Assembly: GCA_044449225.1 (NCBI GenBank)
Contig: JBIOHU010000001.1
Location: 1 to 46,705, forward strand
Source: Gemmatimonadales bacterium
GTDB taxonomy: Bacteria; Gemmatimonadota; Gemmatimonadetes; Gemmatimonadales; Gemmatimonadaceae
Length of the DNA: 46,705 bases
Direction: 5' to 3'
A program made the translations under genes and the position numbers. Numbering within the stretch: position 1 is the stretch's first letter; every line of letters starts with the position of its first letter. Shown here piece by piece: positions 1 to 12,324 of this stretch. The notes below the pieces were generated by a model that saw only the letters and a list, made by a program, of their open reading frames with translations, had not been told where the DNA came from and did not search any database.

Positions 1-2
1 AG

Positions 3-506
3 GCCGCTCTCGACGAGCTCGGCGTCGACCACCCGGACATCCTGGTGAACAACGCCGGCGCCTTTCTCGTCGCCCCGGTGGAGGAAACCTCGGTGGACGT
101 CTTTCGCGAGATGCTCGAGCTCAACCTCACCGCGCCGTTCGCCTTCGTGCGCGCCTTCCTGCCGGAGATGCGCCGGCGCGGCGGCGGTCATCTCGTCACG
201 GTCGGATCGATCGCCGACCGCGCCGTCTTCGCCGGAAACGCCGCCTACGCGGCGAGCAAGCACGGCCTCCGCGCACTTCACGAGGTGCTGCGCGCGGAGC
301 TTCGCGGTACCGGGGTGCGGGCCTCGCTCGTGTCACCGGGCCCGGTGGACACCGAGCTGTGGAACGTCGTCGATCCCGACCGGCGCCCGGGGTTCACGCC
401 ACGCGCCGAGATGCTCGACGCCGACTCCGTCGCCGACGCGGTGTCCTACGTCGTGAGCGCGCCGCTCTCGCTCAACGTGGACGAGCTGCGCCTGTCGCGG
501 GCGTGA
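3..506 (+). CDS. Short-chain dehydrogenase/reductase (SDR), C-terminal part; 5' end lies outside the window
   Basis: The frame is open from the window edge (..DILVNNAGAF). It has the NNAG motif, the catalytic Y-x3-K (YAASKHG) and the PG motif (SPGPVDT). Confidence 0.85.
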   Translation, partial: AALDELGVDHPDILVNNAGAFLVAPVEETSVDVFREMLELNLTAPFAFVRAFLPEMRRRGGGHLVTVGSIADRAVFAGNAAYAASKHGLRALHEVLRAELRGTGVRASLVSPGPVDTELWNVVDPDRRPGFTPRAEMLDADSVADAVSYVVSAPLSLNVDELRLSRA

Positions 507-544
507 GCGGCGTGGCCCGTCGACGGGACCGCTGACACGGCCGC

Positions 545-1177
545 ATGTTCATCGAGCTCGTGGACGCGTTGCGCTGTCCGGCGGCGCACGAGGAAAGCTG
601 GCTCGTCGCGTCGGCGACGCGCACGGAGGCGCGCCACATCGTCGAAGGGATGCTCGGCTGCCCGGTCTGCCGCGCCGAGTATCCGATCCGGCGCGGCGTC
701 GTGGACATCCGCCGCGCACCGAGAGCCGGATCGGTCTCGATCGCGTCTGCCCATGAGCCGGCCCAGGCGATGCGTCTCGCCGCGTTCCTCGACCTCGCCG
801 GTCCACTCGGCTTCGCGGTGCTCGTCGGCGCGTGGGGCGCGCAGGCGCCGGCGCTCCGCGAGCTCGTCGAGCTGCCGCTCGTGCTGGTCGATCCTCCAGT
901 CGACATCGAAGGCGAGCCGGGCGTGACGGTCATCCGCTGCGACGGCGAATTGCCCCTCGCCCAGGGAGCCGCACGCGGCATCGCCGTCGACACCGGAGAC
1001 GCGGCGCGGCTGACGTCGGCCGTCCGGGCGACGAAGGTCGGCGGCCGGATCGTCGCGCCGGCGACGGTCCCGATACCGGCCGGCGTGCGCGAGCTCGCGC
1101 GCGACTCGACTCTCTGGGTCGGCGAGAAGGAGCCCGCCGGATCGCCGCTCGTCGCGCTGCACGTGCGGCGAGGGTGA
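545..1177 (+). CDS. Hypothetical protein with a Trm112-like zinc-ribbon N-terminus
   Basis: ATG at 545. The N-terminus (LRCP..17 aa..GCPVCRAEYPIRRGV) resembles the Trm112/DUF343 Cys pair. The remainder looks Rossmann-like but has no clear SAM-binding motif. Confidence 0.5.
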   Translation: MFIELVDALRCPAAHEESWLVASATRTEARHIVEGMLGCPVCRAEYPIRRGVVDIRRAPRAGSVSIASAHEPAQAMRLAAFLDLAGPLGFAVLVGAWGAQAPALRELVELPLVLVDPPVDIEGEPGVTVIRCDGELPLAQGAARGIAVDTGDAARLTSAVRATKVGGRIVAPATVPIPAGVRELARDSTLWVGEKEPAGSPLVALHVRRG

Positions 1178-1204
1178 CTTCGCGCCACGCCGGCCCACCG
1201 TCCG

Positions 1205-3043
1205 TCAGAGAGCGGCGTGCTCGTGCTCGTCGGCGTAGAGCTCGTCGATAACCGGCTTGTAGGTCCGGTCGATGACCCGCCGCTTGACCTTGAGCGTCGG
1301 GGTGAGCTCGCCCCGCTCGACGGAGAAGTCGTGCTCGAGCAGCGCGAGCTTCTTCGGCATCTCGAACCGCGCGAGGCCGTGGAGCTGGCCGAGCACCTCC
1401 TTCTCCATCTTGGCGCGAATGGTCGGCATGGCGAGGAGCTGCGACCGGTCGGTCCAGATGATGTTCTTGTACGTCGCGTACTTCTCCAGCTGATCCCAGT
1501 TTGGCACGACGAGCACGACGGGGAACTTCCGCTTGTCGCCGATCACGACTGCCTGGCTGACGTACTTGTTCGTCTTGATCGTGTTCTCGATCGGCTGCGG
1601 CGCGATGTTCTTGCCGCCGGCGGTGACGATGATGTCTTTCTTGCGATCGGTGATGGCGAGGAAGCCGTCGCGCAACTCGCCGATGTCGCCGGTGTGGAAC
1701 CAGCCGTCGGCGTCGATCGCTTCCCGCGTCGCGTCGGGCTTGTTGTAGTAGCCTTTCATCACGTGCGGCCCCCGGGTGAGGATCTCGCCGTCGGCGGCGA
1801 TCGTGACCTCCACTCCCGCGACGGGCTTCCCTACCGTGCCGATGCGGAAGTTGGCAGGGGTGTTGACGGCGATCACCGGCGACGTCTCGGTGAGCCCATA
1901 CCCCTCGAGGATCACGAGGCCGGCCGCATAGAAGAACTTGTTGATCTCTGGCGCCAGCGGTGCGCCTCCAGACACGAAGTAGCGTAGCCGGCCGCCGGTT
2001 CGTGCCTGAAGCTTGGAGAACACGAGCTTCTGGGCGATGCGGTATTGCAGCGCGAGCAGTCCCGCCGGCTCGCTGCCGGCGAGCTTCACGTCCGCCCACC
2101 GCTCGGCGACGCTGCGGGCCCAGAAGAAGATCTGCTTCTTGACGGCGCCCCCCGAGAGGGCGTTGTCGAGGACGCGCGCGTACATCTTCTCATAGAGCCG
2201 GGGAACGGAGAGGACGAGCGTCGGTCGTACCGCCTGCAGATCCACCGGCACCGTGTCGATCGACTCGGCGTAAGCGATCGAGCAGCCGACGTGGAACATC
2301 ATGTAATGGCCCGCCATCCGCTCGAAGATGTGTGACAGCGGCAGGAAGCTCAGCCCGGTGTCCCTTCCTTCGAACGGGACGGCGAGGGTCGACGCCATCA
2401 CGTTCGAGTACAGGTTGTCGTGCGTGAGCATGACGCCCTTCGGCTCGCCCGTCGTCCCCGAGGTGTAGATGAGCGTCGCGAGATCGTCCGGCTTTACCGC
2501 GAGCGCCCGATTCCGATAGGCGGTACGGCGCCCGTCGCCGTCGACGCGGGCGCCCAGCGCCTCCACCTCGGCGATGGTGTGGTCCGCACCCGCCGGACGC
2601 GCGCCGGCGAAGCTGATCACCGTTCGCAGCGCCGGGCAGCTCGTGCGCGCTTCGGCGATCTTCGCCGCCTGCGCCGCATCGCTGACGAAGATCGCCACCG
2701 CGCCCGAGTCTCGCAGGATGTACCCCGCCTGTTCGGCCGGAAGGTTCGGATAGAGCGGCACATCGGTGAGCGACGCCGTCAGGCAGGCGTAATCGGCGAT
2801 CGCCCACTCCGGGCGATTCTCCGAGAGGATCGCCACCCGATCGCCCGGCATCACGCCGAGCTCCGAGAGGCCGAGGGCCAAATGGCGCACGCGATCGGCG
2901 ACGACGCGGCTCGAGATCGGCTGGTACGTGCCGTCGACCTTCACCTGCAGCGCATCCGGCTTGTCGTGGCGAGCCACGGCGTCGAAGAACAACCGGGTGA
3001 GGGTGCCGGGCGGCGTGTTGCGCGGACCACCGGATGCGATCAT
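1205..3043 (-). CDS. Long-chain acyl-CoA synthetase (AMP-forming)
   Basis: 612 aa. It carries the AMP-binding signature YTSGTTGEPKGV, GYGLTET, and TGDIGE..DRKKD. Confidence 0.9.
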   Translation of the reverse strand: MIASGGPRNTPPGTLTRLFFDAVARHDKPDALQVKVDGTYQPISSRVVADRVRHLALGLSELGVMPGDRVAILSENRPEWAIADYACLTASLTDVPLYPNLPAEQAGYILRDSGAVAIFVSDAAQAAKIAEARTSCPALRTVISFAGARPAGADHTIAEVEALGARVDGDGRRTAYRNRALAVKPDDLATLIYTSGTTGEPKGVMLTHDNLYSNVMASTLAVPFEGRDTGLSFLPLSHIFERMAGHYMMFHVGCSIAYAESIDTVPVDLQAVRPTLVLSVPRLYEKMYARVLDNALSGGAVKKQIFFWARSVAERWADVKLAGSEPAGLLALQYRIAQKLVFSKLQARTGGRLRYFVSGGAPLAPEINKFFYAAGLVILEGYGLTETSPVIAVNTPANFRIGTVGKPVAGVEVTIAADGEILTRGPHVMKGYYNKPDATREAIDADGWFHTGDIGELRDGFLAITDRKKDIIVTAGGKNIAPQPIENTIKTNKYVSQAVVIGDKRKFPVVLVVPNWDQLEKYATYKNIIWTDRSQLLAMPTIRAKMEKEVLGQLHGLARFEMPKKLALLEHDFSVERGELTPTLKVKRRVIDRTYKPVIDELYADEHEHAAL

Positions 3044-3067
3044 CGGGACCTCCGACTGGGGGAGCGA

Positions 3068-3856
3068 CTAGGGTGTGGAGGGCTTGACGCGAAGGATGAA
3101 ACGCAACGAGTCGCCGCGCAGCGGCACGCCGCGGAGCGATCGCGCCCGAGCGTACACCACCACCGAGTCCACGCCGGTTCCGGCGACGACGAGCGTTCGC
3201 GACGCCTCGCCGGAGCTGTCCGTCGTGTCCACGGCGGCGAGGGAATCCGGGCGCGAGATCGTCCGACCGTCCAGGGTGAGCACCGTCGTCAGCCCCTGCA
3301 TGTCCGTGCCGAACACGCCGGCGATGCGGTATCGAACGACGATGCCGGGCACGGCGACGCGGCTCGCACTGGAGCTGTTCACTCCCGTCACGACGACGCG
3401 CATCGTGTCGAGCGCCGGCAACCTGGTCGAGAGCGCGGCGTCCGAACCGTTGGCCATCGAGTCGGGCTGAGTGACGATGAGCAGGCTCGCCGGCGTGGTC
3501 TGGAGCCGATCGCCGACACGACCGACGATCTGCACCGTCTGCACCGCACTCACGGTGTCGGACGCCGTCACGGTACCGTCCTCGCCGATCGTGATCGGCA
3601 CCGGCACCGTCACCGGCACGAAGCTCGCCGGCACGTCGGGAATCTCGACGTCGCTCCGATCGTACGCGATGACGCGGAGCGGCGCGACGTTGCCGAGGCT
3701 GTCGCGGAGCTGGTCGCCGACGGCGACGGCAGGGGCGGGGAGGACGACCGGCGAGATGTAAGCGATTCCCCCCTCGAGGGTCGGCACCTCGCCGCAGGAG
3801 AGCGCTCCCGCTGCGAGCATCGCTGCCGCCGTCGCGGCGAGGACTCGCCGGCTCAC
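3068..3856 (-). CDS. Exported lipoprotein with beta-rich, probably Ig-like repeats
   Basis: I trimmed the 367-aa track ORF to the GTG at 3856. That GTG overlaps the upstream TGA (GTGA). The signal peptide plus lipobox reads VSRRVLAATAAAMLAAGALS|C. The body is rich in V, T and S. Confidence 0.6.
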   Translation of the reverse strand: MSRRVLAATAAAMLAAGALSCGEVPTLEGGIAYISPVVLPAPAVAVGDQLRDSLGNVAPLRVIAYDRSDVEIPDVPASFVPVTVPVPITIGEDGTVTASDTVSAVQTVQIVGRVGDRLQTTPASLLIVTQPDSMANGSDAALSTRLPALDTMRVVVTGVNSSSASRVAVPGIVVRYRIAGVFGTDMQGLTTVLTLDGRTISRPDSLAAVDTTDSSGEASRTLVVAGTGVDSVVVYARARSLRGVPLRGDSLRFILRVKPSTP

Positions 3857-4620
3857 CGCAACCTCGGGTCGAGGATCTCGGCGAGGCGGAGGTAGGCCAA
3901 CGCCGCGCCGTCGCCGGGTGAGCGCAGCACCACCGGCTGTCCCGCGGCGAAGGCATCGATCGAGGCCATCGTGCGCGGAATCGCCACGTCGAACAGCAGC
4001 TCGGGAGGGAGTTGCTGCCGCACGTAGTCGGCGACGCGCTGCGACACCTCGTTGCCCTGCTCGAGCATCGTCAACAGGATGCCGTCGAGGACGAGCGCCG
4101 GGTTCGCCTGCGACGCCTGGCGCACGGCGCGGAGGATCTGCGTCGTCGTCTGCAGCGCGAGCGGCTCGCACTGGAGCGGGACAAGCACGTGCTGGGCAAT
4201 CGCGAGCACGCGCCGCGTCACGACGCCGAGGCCCGGCGGCGTGTCGACGACGACGATGTAGCCGCGCGCCCGAGCGCGATCGAACAGCTCGCCCAACCGG
4301 TGCGACGTGGCGACGAGCGCGCTGTAGCCTTCGTGGTCGCTCGACTCGCTCACCGAGCCGGCGAGCAGCACGCGGAGCCAGGGAAGGGAGGTCGGCAGCA
4401 CGACGTCCTGCAGCTCACGCTCGCCGGCGAGCAGGTCGGCGAGGCCGGTTTGTCCCACGTCGTCGGCGAGGCCGATGCCGTGGCGCACCGCGCCCTGCGG
4501 ATCCACGTCGACGAGGAGCGTCTTCCGCCCGCGCATCGCCAGCGCGCTCGCCAGGTTGATGGCGGTCGTCGACTTCCCGACACCTCCCTTCTGGCTGACG
4601 ACGGCGAGAACGGTCCCCAC
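3853..4620 (-). CDS. ParA/Soj-family P-loop ATPase (orphan; no parB nearby)
   Basis: It has the deviant Walker A VVSQKGGVGKSTTAINLA, plus DVDPQG and VVVDTPPGLG, and a Soj-like C-terminus (IPRTMASIDAFAAGQPVV). The GTG start at 4620 shares one nucleotide with the TAG of the upstream TPR gene. Confidence 0.8.
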   Translation of the reverse strand: MGTVLAVVSQKGGVGKSTTAINLASALAMRGRKTLLVDVDPQGAVRHGIGLADDVGQTGLADLLAGERELQDVVLPTSLPWLRVLLAGSVSESSDHEGYSALVATSHRLGELFDRARARGYIVVVDTPPGLGVVTRRVLAIAQHVLVPLQCEPLALQTTTQILRAVRQASQANPALVLDGILLTMLEQGNEVSQRVADYVRQQLPPELLFDVAIPRTMASIDAFAAGQPVVLRSPGDGAALAYLRLAEILDPRLR

Positions 4621-5075
4621 TAGCTTTCGGGCTGCTCGGGGAGCTTGGCCGACTGGGCGCGAAGCTCGTCGAGCGTCTGCCGCGCGTGCTGGACCCATCG
4701 CTCGGCTTCGGCGCCAGTCGGCGGCGCCTCGAGGAATGCCTCGAGGTGCGCCGCAGCTTCCGCCAGCTCGCCTCGCTTGATCTGCAGGAAAGCGAGCCCG
4801 TAGTGCGCGCCCGAGAGCTCGGGATCGAGCTCGAGCGCGCGCCGATAGGTCGTGACCGCCTCGTTCATTCGCCCGGTGCGCGAGAACGCGATCGCCATGT
4901 TCTGGAGGATGCGCGGATCGTTGGGATGATCGCGCAGCGCGAGCCGGTACGACGTGAGAGCCGCGTCGAAGTCCCCCTGCCGCTCGAGCCCCAGCGCCTC
5001 GGTGAGATAGTCGAGGCGCTGCGGCTTCATGTTACCGTCCGACTTGCCGCCGAGGAGGCGGCTCAACCAGGACAT
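4620..5075 (-). CDS. TPR-repeat protein
   Basis: ATG at 5075 (MSWLSRLLGG..). There are about three TPR units (..AIAFSRTGRMNEAVTTYRRALELDP..). Confidence 0.7.
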   Translation of the reverse strand: MSWLSRLLGGKSDGNMKPQRLDYLTEALGLERQGDFDAALTSYRLALRDHPNDPRILQNMAIAFSRTGRMNEAVTTYRRALELDPELSGAHYGLAFLQIKRGELAEAAAHLEAFLEAPPTGAEAERWVQHARQTLDELRAQSAKLPEQPES

Positions 5076-5177
5076 GAAATGGCGCGGCAGGAGGGAGGAA
5101 CCGAGCCGAAGGCCCGGCGGCGGGACGGCCTGATGAGGCGCAAAGTTAATTCCCGGGCGTGGCGGGCGGCAACGGCG

Positions 5178-5232
5178 GGTCTGGCCCGCCTCGTCGCGGC
5201 CGGGTCCGCAGGTCTGCCCGCCTCGTCGCGGC
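5178..5232. repeat. Two copies of a 22/23-bp direct repeat in a divergent promoter region
   Basis: GGTCTGGCCCGCCTCGTCGCGGC (5178-5200) and GGTCTGCCCGCCTCGTCGCGGC (5211-5232) differ by a single 1-nt indel. Confidence 0.8.
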
Positions 5233-5344
5233 AGGGCTCGCATGGATCGTCAGGATCGGCGGCGAGCGGCGCGCACGCAACGTGCTGGTTCGATCGGCAC
5301 CGTCGGGCCAAACCGGTCCCACGTCCCCCCTCCAGGAGCGCCCC

Positions 5345-5863
5345 ATGTCCGCACGACGCACGAGCCCCGAGCCGACGAAGGGGGTCTTCGAGGTGGAATG
5401 GCCGATGTTCGGAGAGCTGTCGCGCGCGCTCGCGCTGAAAGTGGTTCGCGCCTACGATCCGGAGATCATCGTCGGGGTGGCGACGGCTGGGGTGGTGCCG
5501 GGCGCGGTGATCGCGGCGATCCTCGACCGCGAGTTCCACTCCATCGTCGTCAGCCGACGATATCAGGCCGAGGTCGTGCGCGAGATGCCGGCCGTCTTCG
5601 GAACCGTACCGGAGGCCGTTCGCGACCGCCGCGTTCTCATCGTGGACGAGACCTGCGACTCCGGCGCGACGATGCGCCTCGCCGTGAGCGCGGTCAGTAG
5701 CGCCGGCGCGAGGGAGGTGCGCACCGCGGTGGCGTTCAGGACCGGCACCTACGAGCCGGATTTCCATGCCCTGGCGACCGAGAGCGAGATCATGCTCCCC
5801 TGGGACCGCGAGGTGCTGTTCGAGGGGGAGCTGGTGCCGAATCCACTCTACAGGAAGGACTGA
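5345..5863 (+). CDS. Phosphoribosyltransferase (purine PRTase-like)
   Basis: ATG at 5345. It has the PRPP-binding loop VLIVDETCDSGATM and an N-terminal IVGVATAGVVPG. Confidence 0.75.
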   Translation: MSARRTSPEPTKGVFEVEWPMFGELSRALALKVVRAYDPEIIVGVATAGVVPGAVIAAILDREFHSIVVSRRYQAEVVREMPAVFGTVPEAVRDRRVLIVDETCDSGATMRLAVSAVSSAGAREVRTAVAFRTGTYEPDFHALATESEIMLPWDREVLFEGELVPNPLYRKD

Positions 5864-5879
5864 GCCGGCGCGGGTCGAC

Positions 5880-6434
5880 CTACCTCGCCGTCGTGACCGC
5901 CGATTCGTAGGCGGAGCCCCGGCTCATCTCCTCGTACACCCGCTCCATCACCTCCGTGCTGCCGAGCAGAAATCGGCATCGCGGACTGCCGGCTGAGCGG
6001 CACTCGACCTCCATCACAGCCAGGGGCGCATCGGCTACGCGGCCGAAGAAATCGGCGAACATGCCGGCCGTGATGTGACAGCTCGGCTGGTTGGCGCCGG
6101 CGTCGGGCGCCGCCTCGCCCCAATCCGCCGAATCCAGCGTCGCCACCGTCTCGTCGAGGGCGCCGACCTGCAGTGAGCCCCAGCCGGCGCGGCGGAAGAA
6201 CTCCGTCGCGTGCCGCTGGAAGGCGTCCACGGAGAGTGATTCCGGGCTTCCCGCTCCGCGCGCCACCAGCCAGCTCCGGAAGGCGTCGAACAGCGCTCCG
6301 CCTCCGGCGTAGCCGGCCTCCTGGAGATAGCCGGCGGCGGCGGCGCCGGTGTCGCGGATGAGCGCGGCGCGCAGCGCGAACAGCGAGTCGCGAGTGATCG
6401 CGAGCATTCCGCTTCCGGTCAGATCGATGGTCAT
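5880..6434 (-). CDS. V4R (4-vinyl-reductase-type) domain protein
   Basis: 184 aa. The C-terminal pattern C-x..EVEC..G.PRCRF is typical of V4R small-molecule-binding domains. Confidence 0.6.
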   Translation of the reverse strand: MTIDLTGSGMLAITRDSLFALRAALIRDTGAAAAGYLQEAGYAGGGALFDAFRSWLVARGAGSPESLSVDAFQRHATEFFRRAGWGSLQVGALDETVATLDSADWGEAAPDAGANQPSCHITAGMFADFFGRVADAPLAVMEVECRSAGSPRCRFLLGSTEVMERVYEEMSRGSAYESAVTTAR

Positions 6435-6483
6435 GGCGCTCGGTGAAGAGTTCGTGATGTGGACGGGTCGGGCAATGGCCGGG

Positions 6484-8526
<2,043 letters not shown>

Positions 8527-9280
8527 CTACCCCTTGGCCTCTTCCTCGAGCACCTGCATCGCCACCGTCACGAGACGTTCGAGCTCCTCGTCGGCGGCAC
8601 GGGGAAGCAGCGTCTCCGCCCACGCATGCTCTTCGCCCTTGACGTAGCGGTCGAGCAGGCGGCGCAGAAAGCCGACGAGCGCCACCCGCTGGAGCTCGGC
8701 CTTGCGCTGCGCGAAGTTGACGTCCTGCTGGCTATGGAGCAGCGTCTCGAAACGGTGGGCGTTCCGCAGCGCTTTCGCCGTGAGCGAGGCGACCGTCTGG
8801 CAGAATCGCACGTCGGCTTCGCCGAACGGATCGGCCTCGCGCTCGGTGCGGAGAAAGATGGCACCGATCACCGAGCCCTCCCAGCGAATCGGCACGACGA
8901 CGATCGAGCGGACGTTCCGGAGGTCGAGCTGGGACTTGATGCTGCGGAGCTGCGGGTCGTTCGCCGCATCGGGGATGAACACCGTTTCCCCGCTGTCGAA
9001 CGCGCGCTTCAGCTCCGGATAGCGGTTGAGGTCGACGACGAGATTGCGGATCGTCGGATCCTCGTAGCTCGCGACCAGCCGCACCTCGTCCTTGTCGCCG
9101 GAGAGGAAGATCGCGCAGCGGTCGAGGCCGAACGTCTCGCCCAGCTTGCGGGCGATCGTCTGGAGGACGTCGACGAAGTGGAGGGAGGCGGCGACCTCCT
9201 GGAGGATGTCGACGATCGCGACGAGATGATCGCGCTCGCGCTGCAGCTCGGCGACGCGCCCGCGCAGCCGCGCGAGCTCG

Positions 9281-10367
<1,087 letters not shown>

Positions 10368-10378
<11 letters not shown>

Positions 10379-10766
10379 TCTGCGCGGCGTCCTTGCCGAG
10401 GAAGCGCTGGACCTCGGCCACGACGGCGCGCGGCTCGCAGGGCTTTGCCAGATAGCCGTCGCACCCCACTTCCATCGCCTTCTCCCGGTCGGACGCGAGG
10501 GCGTGCGCGGTAAGCGCGATGATCGGGATGTCGCGGGTCGCCGGATCGTGCTTGAGCACCTGCGTCGCCTCCCATCCGTCGATGATCGGAATCGAGATGT
10601 CCATCAGGATGAGGTCCGGCTTCTCCATCCGTGCCTTGGCGATCCCCTCCTCCCCGTTCAGGGCCTCGCTCACCTCGTAGCCGAAGTGGCGGAGAATGGT
10701 GGAATAGACGATGCGGTTGTCCTCATTGTCCTCGACGAGCAGGACGGTCTTTCCGTTGTTAGCCAT
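10368..10766 (-). CDS. Single-domain response regulator (CheY-like)
   Basis: 132 aa with VLLVEDNEDN, ILMDISIP, LTAHA and AKP. Its stop overlaps the start of the GGDEF gene by 11 nt. Confidence 0.85.
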
Positions 10767-10917
10767 TCATGGCCTCACACTGCTTGGCGCGTGATCGAAT
10801 CACCACCGGCGGCCGCGGGGAAGTGGCGGAACCGGGGCGTCCGGCAATCGAAAATGCTCCTCGGGACGGGACGCCAGGCGTCGACCGGAGGTACTCTGTG
10901 ACCTGCACCACCATCGA

Positions 10918-11361
10918 ATGACGCCGCACGCAATTTCCAAACCAACACCGACCTCCACCATTCCGAACATGTCCTACGCTGGTCCCTCCCGTGGTCATGC
11001 ATCGAGCCGCTCTGGCGGCGCCACCGCGACCGCCCGGTCCGTCCGGGCCGCCGCCTACACTCCGCACGCGTCCGCTGCGCGTGGCGACACCGATTGGCAG
11101 GAGGTGGCACTCTTCGGGGTCGGCCTGCTCCTGGGGGTGCTGCTCGGTGCCGGCGGGGCATTGCTCGCCGCTCCTCGCACCGGCGCGGAGACCCGGGCGG
11201 CGCTCGGTGCCCGTGCCGCCCGACTTCGTCGCTCCACCACCAGACGCGGGCGCGATGCCTGGGAGGAGCTCAGCGACGAGTTGCGCGGCGCGCGGCACGC
11301 GCTCCGCCGGCGCAAGGTTCGTCGGGCGCGCGAACACGAGCTGGTGTACGACGGGGAGTAG
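10918..11361 (+). CDS. YtxH-like membrane-anchored protein
   Basis: A Gly-zipper TM segment is followed by APRTGAETRAAL, which is characteristic of YtxH. The true start could be internal. Confidence 0.5.
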   Translation: MTPHAISKPTPTSTIPNMSYAGPSRGHASSRSGGATATARSVRAAAYTPHASAARGDTDWQEVALFGVGLLLGVLLGAGGALLAAPRTGAETRAALGARAARLRRSTTRRGRDAWEELSDELRGARHALRRRKVRRAREHELVYDGE

Positions 11362-11406
11362 AGGGGGCGGGTAGGAGGGTGCGGGTCGCTGCGGCGTTCC
11401 ACGACC

Positions 11407-11439
11407 GCGGGCATGCGGCGGCTGCGCCGATATGCCCGC
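11407..11439. terminator. GC-rich stem-loop between convergent genes (candidate bidirectional terminator)
   Basis: GCGGGCAT (11407-11414) pairs with ATGCCCGC (11432-11439). An inner CGGCG/CGCCG stem closes a GCTG loop. There is no U-tract. Confidence 0.4.
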
Positions 11440-11473
11440 ACCGCTTCGAACTCTCCCACGTGCACTCCGCCGA

Positions 11474-12259
11474 CTACAATTTCGCGAGCTCCGCCGCCGC
11501 CTCGGCCTGAAAGTGCTTGTCGTTGTACTCGGTCGGCGTGCCGTTGATCGTCAATTGGTATTGCGCTCGCGCCCGCTGCTTGTCGCCGCGCGCGGCGTAG
11601 ACGCGCGCCAGGTCGAGATGGTGCACGAGGCGGTTTGGCTCGTTCGCGACCGACTCCTCCATGTACTTCTGCGCGTCGTCCCAGTTCGCCGAGTCGAATA
11701 CCTTCCCGCCAAGGAAGGTCTTCGCCATGAAGCGCGTCACCCCGCTCAGCCGCATCACGTTGTAATTCCACATCCCCATCACGTGCTGCGCACCGGCTGC
11801 CTTCGGATCGAGACGCAGGGCCTCCAGCGCTTCCTTCCGCACCTCGCCGGCGTACTTCACCTGGTCGCGCTTGCCGAGGGAGAGCGCCTTTCGTCCCAGC
11901 GCCCGCGCGAGATGGAAGTGACCCTCCGCGTCGCCAGGATTCGCCTGGACCGCGCGGCGCGCGTATTGTTCTGCCAGCGAGTACAGGCGGTCCCGCTCCG
12001 CGGGGATCGGATTGTACTCACCGACGTCCACCGCCTCGCGCGTCGCCTTCCAGAGTGCCTCGTAGTTGGTGGGCTCGACTCCGATCGCCTCCTCATAATG
12101 GTGAAGGGCCGCCGGGGCATTCATCGCCGCGTGTTCCCGGTCGCCGAGGGCGATGTGCTCCGCCGCGCTCTGGGAGCTGGCCACGCGGGGCAGGAGGCCA
12201 AACAGCAGCGCGGCAGTGGCCGCCATCAGGCGGCGCGACGCGGCAACCTTGATCGACAT
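11474..12259 (-). CDS. Secreted all-helical (TPR-like) protein
   Basis: ATG at 12259. The signal peptide is MSIKVAASRRLMAATAALLFGLLPRVASS. The body consists of helical repeats. Confidence 0.55.
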   Translation of the reverse strand: MSIKVAASRRLMAATAALLFGLLPRVASSQSAAEHIALGDREHAAMNAPAALHHYEEAIGVEPTNYEALWKATREAVDVGEYNPIPAERDRLYSLAEQYARRAVQANPGDAEGHFHLARALGRKALSLGKRDQVKYAGEVRKEALEALRLDPKAAGAQHVMGMWNYNVMRLSGVTRFMAKTFLGGKVFDSANWDDAQKYMEESVANEPNRLVHHLDLARVYAARGDKQRARAQYQLTINGTPTEYNDKHFQAEAAAELAKL

Positions 12260-12324
12260 GGGTGACTCCAGGATGCGGGTGAACGAACGGCCGAGCAGTG
12301 TATGGATACCCTGAATTCCGGTCA

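Noticed and set aside
5872-5884. A 13-nt exact match (GGGTCGACCTACC) to unit 4 of the repeat array, located at another convergent junction (PRTase/V4R).
   Set aside because: A single 13-mer match in GC-biased sequence is within chance expectation by rough estimate. The flanks do not continue the unit consensus, and the match overlaps the V4R stop codon. It is only worth revisiting if a genome-wide search shows that solo units exist.
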